DNA of 64,000 nt from Deltaproteobacteria bacterium (lineage in GTDB: Bacteria; Desulfobacterota; Syntrophia; Syntrophales; UBA8958). The translations under genes and the position numbers were made by a program. The notes beneath the pieces are model-generated. The model had not been told where the DNA came from. It did not search any database and saw nothing but the letters and a program-made list of their open reading frames with translations. Where the stretch lies: positions 21,426 through 85,425 of the forward strand of contig JAKPCH010000059.1 of the NCBI GenBank assembly GCA_029553375.1, read 5' to 3'. Positions 36,319 to 44,800 of this stretch are shown here, in pieces; position 1 is the stretch's first letter, and each line of letters opens with the position of its first letter.

Positions 36319-37650
36319 TCACAGGCTCCTTGCCAATTCCTGGGCCGCCACGTGGATGGCGTCCCAGGCCCCCCCGAAGGGCGGGGCGTAGGGCAGGTCG
36401 AGATAACCCACCTCGTCCACCGTCATGCCGTTCCAGAGGGCCGCGGAGAGGGCGAAGATCCTCTGGACGGCCCCCTTGGCGCCCAGACACTGGGCCCCGA
36501 TGAGGCGGCCCGTGGTCTTGTCGGCCGTGAGCTTCACGAGGAGCCTCTCGCCCCTCGCTATGGGCCGGCCCACGGGGAGGCCCTGGATGAAGGCGCTTGC
36601 GGGGGCGAAGCCGTACTTGACCGCCTCGTTCTCGTTGAGGCCCGCGGCCGCCACCTCGAGGTCGAAGACCTTGAAGGACTGGGCCCCGACGACGCCGGGA
36701 AACTCCGCCGGCCGTCCCCCGATGTTCTGACCCGCCACCCGCCCCTGCTTGTTGGCGATGTCCCCCAGGGGTATGTAGACCCAGCGGCGGGCGACCTTGT
36801 GGAAGACCTCGCAGCAGTCCCCCACGGCATAGATCCCCGGGACGGAGGTCTGCTGGCGGAAATCCACCTTGATGGCACCGCTTTCCCCCATCTCGACGCC
36901 GGCGGCCGCGGCGAGTTCCGTGTTACTCCTCACACCCACGGCCATGAGGACGAGATCGGCCCCCAGGTCGCCGGAGTTGGTTTTCACCACGAGGCCCTCC
37001 CCGTTCCTCTCGATGGAGAGGGGGGTGGTACCACCCTGAAAAAGGACACCGTTCTTTTCCAACTCTTCCAGGATGGGGGCGCAGAACTCCTCGTCCCAGC
37101 GGGGCACGGGCCGGTGCCGCCTAACGATGACCGTCGTCTCGATGCCCAGGTTGCGCAGGGCCTCGGACATCTCCATGGCGATGAAACCGCCGCCGACGAT
37201 GACGGCCCGGCGGCAGGCCCTGCCGTTCAGATAGTCCTTGATGCGCAGGGCGTCGGAAAGATCCCGCAGGACAAAGACGCCGTCCAGGTCCACCCCGGGG
37301 ATGTCGAGGCGGGTCGCCCGGGCCCCCGTGGCGATGGTCAGGCTATCGTAGGGGAGGCGGGAGCCGTCGGCGAGGCGGACCTCACCCCTGGCCGCGTCGA
37401 TCTCCTCCACCCGCGTCTTCGTGAGGACCTTGATCCCCGTCTTCCCGAACGCCTCGGGAGTCCGGATCACCAGCTTGTTGTAGTCTTTTATTACATCGCC
37501 GATGTAATAGGGCATCGGTCAAGCGGCATAGGAGACGAACTCCCCCGCCTCGATCATCGTGACCTCCAGGGACTTGTCCCGCCGCCTCGCCTCCGCCGCC
37601 GTGGACGGTCCGGCGGTGCCGCCGCCGACGACAATCAATTTTCGACCCAT
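36319..37650 (-). CDS. CoA-disulfide reductase/NADH oxidase-family flavoprotein, selenoprotein (Sec44)
   Basis: GGAGG-ATG at 37650 gives MGRKLIVVGGGTAG...FVSYAA(UGA)PMPYYIG, in frame with ORF 36319..37515; also ATGA, GGGFIA, YAVGDC, DLPYAPPF. Confidence 0.88.
37489..37509 (-). promoter_or_regulatory. Bacterial SECIS-like hairpin
   Basis: mRNA UAUUACAUC-GGC-GAUGUAAUA: perfect 9-bp stem with G-containing loop, starting 9 nt after the UGA (37521-37519). Confidence 0.75.
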
Positions 37651-37735
37651 TTTTACCTCCTTCATTGACGGATTTATTGACGGATCCGGGTTTGCATCGG
37701 TATCGACGCCGGGACCCTCGATCCCGGACGAGATC

Positions 37736-38284
37736 TCAACCCTTCAGGTTCTCCACGTTCTTCCCGAAGGGCCGCGACGCCGCCTCATCCCGGTCGGTAT
37801 AGATCAGCTCCGCCGCCAGGCCCGCCGCCTCGGTGATCAGCTCCCGGCAGAAGAGGGCGTGATCCCGGCAGAGCCAGCTGTGTTGCCACTGGGCGGTTAA
37901 GTCCCGGCAGAGGGTCTTGCCGTGCTTCTCGTAGAAATGGTTGGGGATGACGTTGAACAACCGGTAGAGACCCGGTCTCCCGTAGAGCTGTTCCGTGGCT
38001 TTCTTGACCAGCTCCTTGCCTTCCCCCTCGGGGAGGGCGCTCCGGCCGTGGACGGCCCCCACGGCCAAAACGGCCCCCGCGATGGCCCCGCAGGTGTCGC
38101 CGAAGAGGCCGATGCCCCCGCCGAAACCCGTGGCGACCTTCTTCACCTCCGGGGGCAGCCCCGTTTCCGCGAGGCTCAAGACCGCCTCGGTCACACACTC
38201 CGCACAGTTGTAACCCAGGGAGAAATTCTTCCGGGCCCGCTGGCGGATCGCCTCGATCTTCTCTTCCCGCGTCATGCCGTGCAC
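37736..38284 (-). CDS. C-GCAxxG-C-C family putative redox-active protein
   Basis: YNCAEC, GFGGG, TCGAIAG, LCRDL, FCREL. Confidence 0.85.
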   Translation of the reverse strand: MHGMTREEKIEAIRQRARKNFSLGYNCAECVTEAVLSLAETGLPPEVKKVATGFGGGIGLFGDTCGAIAGAVLAVGAVHGRSALPEGEGKELVKKATEQLYGRPGLYRLFNVIPNHFYEKHGKTLCRDLTAQWQHSWLCRDHALFCRELITEAAGLAAELIYTDRDEAASRPFGKNVENLKG

Positions 38285-38406
38285 CTCCTTGTTTTTTCAG
38301 TAATACCCCGCCTTTTACCCCGACAGCGGGGATGGTGACACCGCCGTCAAACAAATGCAACGCCTAAAGTATGCTTATAAATTACCGAGGCAAAATAAGA
38401 TGCCAT

Positions 38407-39657
38407 CTACAAAGCCATGAGGTACGAACGGAGGTTGGCCTTACGGTGTTTCAGGCCCACCTTCCTACGGATGTTGTTCCGGTGGACGTCGACAGTCCGG
38501 GGGGAAATGCCGAGGAGTTCCGCCATTTCCTTCGTCGCGCGGCCCTCCTTGATGAAGGTGACGATCTTCAGCTCCATGGGTGTGAGGTCGGGGTGGCGGG
38601 AGTAGAGGGTCCTGAGGAAGGGAGAGGTGATCTCGTTGAGGTGCCGCTCCAGGATGGCGAGCTGGTTGGCCTGGTGGGCGTTGAGGGGCGAGGCCTTGAG
38701 GTTCTCCACGTAGGGGAGGATTAGCTCCCGGATGTTGTGGACGACCTTCTCCTCCAGCTCCGCCCGGTCCTCGTCCCGGCGCCTGAGGAGGACCTTGAGG
38801 GCCGTGTTGGCGTCTTCGAGGTTCCGGGACTTCTCCTCCAGCTCCCGCTCCCGCCTCCTGAGGGCCTCCTCCATCTTCTTCCGCTCCGTGATGTTCCGGG
38901 CGATGCCGTGAATGGCCGTCGGCTGTCCCTCCGCCGCCACGATGCGGGCGTTGACCTCCAGCCAGACCGTCTCCCCCTCCCTGGTGAGGGTGCGAAACTC
39001 CTGGGTCGCCTCGTCGTCGCCCCGGACGAGGCGTTGCTGGAGGAACTCCCGGGCGAGGGGCAGATCCTCGGGATGGACGAGATCGGCGATCGAGAGGCGC
39101 CGGAACTCCTCGGCACTGTAGCCGTAGGTCCGGGAGGCGGCGGCGTTGCACGACCGGATCCGGCCCTCCAGGTCGAGGATGAAGATGACGTCGTTGGCGT
39201 TCTCGAAGAGTTCCCGGTACTGACGCTCCGACTGCCTCAGGGCCGCCTCGGCCCGGCGGCGGTCCGTGATGTCCGTGACGATCTCCACGACCCCCGTGAC
39301 GGCGCTGCCCCCGTCCCGGACGGGGTAACTGCGCAGGACCCAGTTCTTGCCGTAGGAGGAGAGATCGAAGACCTCGTGGGGCCTGCCGGTGCGGAGGGTC
39401 TTGGCGGCGGGACAGACCCGGCAGATCCGGTCCCGGCCGTGGAGGGTGCGGTAGCAGTGGGAGCCGTCGAGGCTCCCGGGGGGTAGGTTGAAGGCCTCGT
39501 GCATGGCCTTGTTGGCCCAGATGACCCGCATGTCCCGATCGAGGTAGAGGACCAGCTCCGTCATGGCGTCGAGGATGACGGCCTTTTCCCGTTCCGAGCG
39601 GGAGGTCCGACGGACGGGACCCGATCCTCCCCTCCCCTTTTCCGCCCTTTCCGGCAT
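38407..39657 (-). CDS. PAS-PAS-LuxR HTH regulator
   Basis: Two PAS domains (the first with CY...CRVCP) and LTPME...TVDVHRNNIRRKVGL. Confidence 0.88.
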   Translation of the reverse strand: MPERAEKGRGGSGPVRRTSRSEREKAVILDAMTELVLYLDRDMRVIWANKAMHEAFNLPPGSLDGSHCYRTLHGRDRICRVCPAAKTLRTGRPHEVFDLSSYGKNWVLRSYPVRDGGSAVTGVVEIVTDITDRRRAEAALRQSERQYRELFENANDVIFILDLEGRIRSCNAAASRTYGYSAEEFRRLSIADLVHPEDLPLAREFLQQRLVRGDDEATQEFRTLTREGETVWLEVNARIVAAEGQPTAIHGIARNITERKKMEEALRRRERELEEKSRNLEDANTALKVLLRRRDEDRAELEEKVVHNIRELILPYVENLKASPLNAHQANQLAILERHLNEITSPFLRTLYSRHPDLTPMELKIVTFIKEGRATKEMAELLGISPRTVDVHRNNIRRKVGLKHRKANLRSYLMAL

Positions 39658-39684
39658 GGATGAGCGCCCCCTGGTGAGGATTGG

Positions 39685-39713
39685 ATAATGGATTGATCCG
39701 CCGTCTTTGTCAA
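39685..39713 (-). promoter_or_regulatory. sigma70-type promoter for the LuxR gene
   Basis: Minus strand TTGACA-17 nt-CATTAT. Confidence 0.5.
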
Positions 39714-39790
39714 GACCGGGGATGATTTGTATAGAGAAGGCGGCAAGGCCGTGTTATAGAAGGCCCGATATCGATACGGGGGGATCAGGG

Positions 39791-40828
39791 ATGAAGGAAC
39801 CGCTCTTGATGAACATAAAGAACACCGTCTATCTCGACGGACCCGACGCCCTCATGATCGTCGACCGCCGCCGCCTCCCCGAGAAGGTGGTGGGGGTCTA
39901 TCTGACGGATCACATCGAGGTGGCGAGGGCCATCGAGGAGATGATGGTCCAGGGGGCGGGCGATATCGCCATCACCGCCGCCTACGGCCTCTACCTCGCC
40001 GCCCGGGACCGGGAGAACAGGGGTTACGAGGCCGATATGGCCTATCTCGAAGAGGCGGCCGCCCTCCTCAAGGCGACGCGCCCGACGGGCTTCCACCTCG
40101 CGGCCCTCGTGGATAGGATCCTGGCGCGGGTGCGGGAAACCCCCGAGAGGCCGCCGTCGGAGGTGATCCTCGCCGCCGTGGAGCGGGCCGTCAAGAGGCA
40201 GGGGGAGATCTCGGAGGCGACGGGGAGGGAGGCCGCGTCCCTCGTCAAAGACGGGGACACGATCCTGACCCATTGTTTCGCCGGGGCGGGTCTCCTCCAC
40301 CTCTTCGCCGAGGCCGCCAGGGGAGGCAAGACCCTCAAGGCCCTCTGCACGGAGACGAGACCCTATCTCCAGGGGGCCCGGCTGACGGCCTGGTCCCTCT
40401 CGGAGATGGGGGTGGAGACGACCCTCATCACGGACAACATGGCCGCCTGGTTCATGGCCCGCCGGGAGGTGCAGGCCGTCTTCACGGCGGCGGACCGCAT
40501 CGCCCTCGACGGGAGCGCCGCCAACAAGATCGGGACCCTCCAGCTCGCCGTCTGCGCGAACCACTTCGGGATCCCCTTTTACATCCTCGGCTACGGGGGG
40601 CCGGACCGCCATACCCCCCGGGGGACAGACATCCCCATCGAGGAGCGCCCCGCCGCCGAGGTCCTGACCTTCCAGGACGCGCCCATCACGGGCCCCTTGG
40701 TAAAGGCCCGCTACCCGGCCTTCGACGTCACCCCCCCGGGGCTCATCACGGCCGTCGTCACCATGCGGGGGGTCTTCCCGCCGGAGGCCATGGCCACCTT
40801 CCACGAAGGCCGCCAGGGGTCTCTCTGA
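39791..40828 (+). CDS. MtnA/eIF2B-family sugar-phosphate isomerase paralog, divergent
   Basis: RPTG, THCFAG, ETRPYLQGARLT, AADRI, ANKIGT, PAFDVTP; VQGAGDI replaces canonical VRGAPAI. Confidence 0.85.
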   Translation: MKEPLLMNIKNTVYLDGPDALMIVDRRRLPEKVVGVYLTDHIEVARAIEEMMVQGAGDIAITAAYGLYLAARDRENRGYEADMAYLEEAAALLKATRPTGFHLAALVDRILARVRETPERPPSEVILAAVERAVKRQGEISEATGREAASLVKDGDTILTHCFAGAGLLHLFAEAARGGKTLKALCTETRPYLQGARLTAWSLSEMGVETTLITDNMAAWFMARREVQAVFTAADRIALDGSAANKIGTLQLAVCANHFGIPFYILGYGGPDRHTPRGTDIPIEERPAAEVLTFQDAPITGPLVKARYPAFDVTPPGLITAVVTMRGVFPPEAMATFHEGRQGSL

Positions 40829-40843
40829 AGGGGTAACGAAAGG

Positions 40844-40876
40844 CCCCTCTCCCCCCGGTCTCCGGGGGGAGAGGGG
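40844..40876. terminator. Perfect 15-bp hairpin between convergent genes
   Basis: CCCCTCTCCCCCCGG-TCT-CCGGGGGGAGAGGGG; no U-tract on either side. Confidence 0.5.
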
Positions 40877-40884
40877 GATACCGG

Positions 40885-41667
40885 TCACTTCACCTTACGG
40901 TTGAGGAAGTAGCCGTCGGGGTCGCACACCTCGCGCAGCAGGCGCAGGTCCTCGGCCGTCGGCTCGGCCATCTCCTTCAGGTCCGGGGAGACGAGGAGGT
41001 CGAAGCTCACCAGGTCCTGGATGTCCTTGGCCGTCTTGCCCGGCAGGACCTCGAGGAGGACCATCCGCTTCGTCTCCTCGTCGAAACCGAAGAGGGCCTG
41101 GTTGGTGATGACCCGGTAGGGTCCCTGACCCATGACCCCCGCCTTCTCGCGATAGTCGGGGGAGCCGTCGCCGTAGCCGATGCTCGTCAAGAACTCCACC
41201 TTCTCCACGAAACGCCGCTTCTCGAGGGCCATGATGATGATGGACCGCTCGCAGTTGGCCGCCATGGCCCCGGCGCCGCCGCTCCCGGGGAAGCGGGTCT
41301 GGGGGCGGTCGTAGGTCCCCCCCTCGAAGGTGGAACAGACGTTCCCGTACATGTCGATCTGGGCCCCGCCGATGAAGGCGTAGTCGGAGTAACCCCGCTG
41401 GGTCAGTTCGAAGACGGCGCAGAGGCCCTTGAGGTAGCAGGCCTTGCGGCACGCCCTCGTGTCGCCCACGGAGAGGGGCATCCCCATCTCGAGGATGGGG
41501 CTCAGGGGACCCGACTCGAAGATCATGGCCAAGTTGGGGGCATGGGTCAACTGGGCGTGCATGGAGGCGATGATGGGCAGTCCCGTCCCGACGAAGACGA
41601 TCTTTTCGTCCTCGAGGACGCGGGAACCCGTGTAGGCAATCATCTCAAAGGGTGTATATTCAGGCAT
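40885..41667 (-). CDS. Family I CoA-transferase subunit B (GctB-like)
   Basis: VFVGTGLP, FESG catalytic Glu, GGAQIDMYGN, FPGSGGA. Confidence 0.88.
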   Translation of the reverse strand: MPEYTPFEMIAYTGSRVLEDEKIVFVGTGLPIIASMHAQLTHAPNLAMIFESGPLSPILEMGMPLSVGDTRACRKACYLKGLCAVFELTQRGYSDYAFIGGAQIDMYGNVCSTFEGGTYDRPQTRFPGSGGAGAMAANCERSIIIMALEKRRFVEKVEFLTSIGYGDGSPDYREKAGVMGQGPYRVITNQALFGFDEETKRMVLLEVLPGKTAKDIQDLVSFDLLVSPDLKEMAEPTAEDLRLLREVCDPDGYFLNRKVK

Positions 41668-41691
41668 GTGTCTTGACCTCCTTGTGCTTTT

Positions 41692-42765
41692 CTATGAAAG
41701 GATGATGGGCTGGCCGCCGTCCATGTCCTTGATCTTCCTCAGGGTCTTGTAGGGGAGACGGCCGAGGAAATCGTCGAAGGTGTCGCAGCCGAAGATGTAC
41801 TCGTCGTAGTACCTCTTGAGGTTGTCCTTGTTGCCCGTCCGGCGGAACTCCTCGCAGAGGGAGCGGAACTTGAGGATGTGTTCCATGTCGAACCAGTAGA
41901 AACCGTAGGAGGCGCCGGGATAGGCGCCGAAGGGCTGTTCCACGAGGGCGTCCACGGCGGCGTAGGGGATCTCCGTGAGGTTCGGGTAGGTGCGGACGTT
42001 CTCGTTGGGGATGATCCGCTCCGTCGTGACGATGCTGTACGTGGCGGCCATGGTGATCTCGGGGCAGGTGCAGTGGGCCCCGAAGATGCGGCAGTTGCCG
42101 TACATGTCCGCCGCCGTCACGTGGACGATGGCCACGTCGGGGTGACAGGCCGGGACGAGATAGACGTTCTTGCCGCTGAACGGGCAAACGACCATTTTTC
42201 CCCGGTTCACGAGCTCCATGTCCGAGCCGCCGTGGTCCCGCGTGGGGATGAAGGGGACGCCCATGGCCGCGGCCTTGAAGCGGGCGGACATGCCGTAGTT
42301 GGTGTAATCGTCCAGGCGGATCATCCCCCGGGAGGTGAGGTACCTCAAGAGGGGGGCGATACCGATGACCTCGTAGCCCCACCAGGCCAGCTCCACCCTC
42401 TTGATGGAGACGTGGTCGGGGTCCAGGATCATGGCCCCCGCCAGGAGCTCCGCGCAGATGGAGTTGGACTGGAAGGAGAGGGTGAGGTCCTTCGCCCCCT
42501 TGCGGATGATCTCATGGACGATGGCCACGGGGACGCGGGTGTTCACGAAACCCCCGATCCCGATATTGATACCGTCCTTGACGTACTTGGCGACGGCCTC
42601 TTTCAGGGTCGTGCGCTTGTCGTGCATACCCTTGCTCTTGGCCGACATGACCCTGCGGGCCTCTTCCGGGCTGGGCCCCCACCACTCGAAGGGTTCCTCC
42701 GCCAGGGCGGCGTCGTACTTCAGATTGGAAACCTTCTTGATCTTCGATGCCACTTTGTCGTTCAT
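41692..42765 (-). CDS. Family I CoA-transferase subunit A (GctA-like)
   Basis: LKEAVAKYVKDG.NIGIGGF, RFKAAAMGVPFIP, CPFSG, ADMYGN. Confidence 0.85.
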   Translation of the reverse strand: MNDKVASKIKKVSNLKYDAALAEEPFEWWGPSPEEARRVMSAKSKGMHDKRTTLKEAVAKYVKDGINIGIGGFVNTRVPVAIVHEIIRKGAKDLTLSFQSNSICAELLAGAMILDPDHVSIKRVELAWWGYEVIGIAPLLRYLTSRGMIRLDDYTNYGMSARFKAAAMGVPFIPTRDHGGSDMELVNRGKMVVCPFSGKNVYLVPACHPDVAIVHVTAADMYGNCRIFGAHCTCPEITMAATYSIVTTERIIPNENVRTYPNLTEIPYAAVDALVEQPFGAYPGASYGFYWFDMEHILKFRSLCEEFRRTGNKDNLKRYYDEYIFGCDTFDDFLGRLPYKTLRKIKDMDGGQPIILS

Positions 42766-42974
42766 AACGGACTCTCTACCTCCACCTTGTTATTTTTGAC
42801 CTTCCACCGCCCGGCGGCGGACGGCAAAAAAAGAGAGGCGCCGCCCCCCCGGGCGGCGCCTCCATAGGCGAAAAAAGGCAAAAAGTCAACGCCAAAGACG
42901 CAGAGGACCACATCAGGAGCCCCCGCGGGGCGCCTCTTTACGGATCTCGCGTCATTTAGGACCTTGCAAGCCTC

Positions 42975-43196
42975 TCACTGCAGGCGGTGGCTGTAGGCGT
43001 CCACGGCCAGGGAGGGGTTCTCGTGGAGGCAGAGCATGGACTGGGGGATGAGAAAACTCCTCATGTTGGCCGGGACGTAGATGAGGAACCAGGGGTCGCC
43101 TTCGGCGTACAGGCCTCTCCTGCCGATGATCTTGCCCACCTTCCCGTAGAAGGGATGCTTCGGGTGGTCCACCACCACCACGTCTCCCAGATCCAT
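42975..43196 (-). CDS. Small hypothetical protein, possible SH3/KOW-like barrel
   Basis: GDVVVV..HPFYGKVGKI pattern; AGGAGG RBS. Confidence 0.55.
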   Translation of the reverse strand: MDLGDVVVVDHPKHPFYGKVGKIIGRRGLYAEGDPWFLIYVPANMRSFLIPQSMLCLHENPSLAVDAYSHRLQ

Positions 43197-43214
43197 CGCC
43201 GTACCTCCTTTCCT

Positions 43215-43661
43215 TCATAAGGGTTGCAGGAGGCTGAAACCGGAGGCGGCCTCCCGCCTCCTAAGCGACCGGCTACCCGTGAGCTCCAACACAATGACCT
43301 CCAGGACGTGCCACGTCCTGACACCGGTGCGGCAGCAACCCGCCCGGGCCTCCCCTCCCCTGCCGAAGGCCCCGTGGAGGTGCAGGACCACCTCCCCTTT
43401 CTCGTCGGGGAAGACGGTACCCACGCCGACCATCTCGTGGACCCCCGCCAGGGCCGTCATCACGGGGACGACGGGCACGGTCCTATCCTCCTCCGGGCCG
43501 ACGACGATGCGGCTCCCGTCGTCGGCACCCCCCAGGCAGAAGACGACGGCCGAGGTGACACCCCGCTGTCGGGCGAAGGCCTCGACGGTCTCGTGGAGGA
43601 CCTCCCCGTCCTCGAGGCGGAGGATGAACACCCTCCCCAAGGACGCCTCGGCGTACCTCAT
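43215..43661 (-). CDS. PPC/DUF296 domain protein
   Basis: RLEDGE, HEMVGVG, LHLHG, LEVIVLE. Confidence 0.82.
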   Translation of the reverse strand: MRYAEASLGRVFILRLEDGEVLHETVEAFARQRGVTSAVVFCLGGADDGSRIVVGPEEDRTVPVVPVMTALAGVHEMVGVGTVFPDEKGEVVLHLHGAFGRGGEARAGCCRTGVRTWHVLEVIVLELTGSRSLRRREAASGFSLLQPL

Positions 43662-44107
43662 CAGAGCCTCCTCAGCTCCACGGACCAGGAGGAGACCTTC
43701 GTCCCCCCCGAGGTGAGGGTCCCCCGGTTCCAGTAGAGGTCGTCATCGATGAGGCGGAAATACTCTCCCCCCCGCATCCTCCCGTCCTCGGTCTCGAAGA
43801 GGGAGATGACGGAGTCGTCCACGAGGACGAAGCATCCCTCCATCCGGCCGAGGGCGGGGTTGTAGGAACGCCAGGTCGTCACATCCGCCCCCTCCCCCAG
43901 GGGGGTCACCTCGTAGCGGTTGGTGAACTCGATGCCCTCGTCCCCCACGATCCTCATCGTCGCCTCGATGATCCAGAGGCCCTCCTGGTGAAAGACCCGG
44001 GTCTCCCCCTCCACGGGGTAGATCCTCGTCCGGGGGTCGATGTAGATCCCCGAGGCCCGCCAGTTCCACTCGTCGAGGAGGAAGGTGTGATAGATCGCCC
44101 TCGTCAT
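43661..44107 (-). CDS. Hypothetical protein, beta-rich
   Basis: Stop overlaps the next ATG; host-like codon usage. Confidence 0.6.
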   Translation of the reverse strand: MTRAIYHTFLLDEWNWRASGIYIDPRTRIYPVEGETRVFHQEGLWIIEATMRIVGDEGIEFTNRYEVTPLGEGADVTTWRSYNPALGRMEGCFVLVDDSVISLFETEDGRMRGGEYFRLIDDDLYWNRGTLTSGGTKVSSWSVELRRL

Positions 44108-44151
44108 CTCTTCCCCCCTTTTATCACCCCCCGGGAGGCGGCGCCAGTCTT

Positions 44152-44790
44152 TTATCGTCCCTGTCCCGCGCCGAAGAGGGTCAAGAGTTCCCGGGGGTTA
44201 TCCACCACGAGGTCGGGGCCCGCCGCCAGGAGGCGCTCCCGGGTGTGCCAACCCCACGTCGCCGCCACCGTGACCACGCCCGCCTCCTTCCCCTCCCGGA
44301 TGTCGCCGGCGGTGTCGCCGATATAGTAGGTCTCCCCGGGGGGAAAGGCGAATCGTTTCCTGGCCCTGTCGATCTTTTCCCGCTTGCTGAAGGCGTCCTC
44401 CGAGCCGAGGATCGCCCGGAAGGAACCGTTCCAGGTGAAGCGGGCGATGATGCGCCCGATGGCCCGGGCGGAATTGGAAGAGATGATCAGCAGGGTGTGG
44501 TCGCGCCCGAGGGCCTCGACGACGGGTGATATCCCCGCCACGGCCTTCACGTCCCCGTAGTAGTTGACCCGCGCCGAGTATTCCTTCAGGGCGGCGGCGA
44601 AGGCGTCCAGGTCCACCCCCCTCTCCCGGAGGGCCTCGTAGAAGTTGCCCTCGAAGAGCTCGAGATAGTCCTCCACCGTCACGACGATGGGCATGCCGAC
44701 GCGCTTGAGGCACCACTCGACGGCCCGGGTGTAGATCTCCAGGGAATCCACGAGGACGCCGTCGAAATCGAAGAGGAGGAGCTTGCCCAC
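44152..44790 (-). CDS. HAD-family phosphatase
   Basis: FDFDGVLVDS, ISSN, YIGDTAGDI, TWGW. Confidence 0.9.
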   Translation of the reverse strand: MGKLLLFDFDGVLVDSLEIYTRAVEWCLKRVGMPIVVTVEDYLELFEGNFYEALRERGVDLDAFAAALKEYSARVNYYGDVKAVAGISPVVEALGRDHTLLIISSNSARAIGRIIARFTWNGSFRAILGSEDAFSKREKIDRARKRFAFPPGETYYIGDTAGDIREGKEAGVVTVAATWGWHTRERLLAAGPDLVVDNPRELLTLFGAGQGR

Positions 44791-44800
44791 GGCCCGGTCT

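Noticed and set aside
36319-37650. Reading the in-frame TGA as a nonsense pseudogene
   Set aside because: It sits exactly on the catalytic Cys, is followed by a SECIS-like hairpin and the rest of the gene is intact
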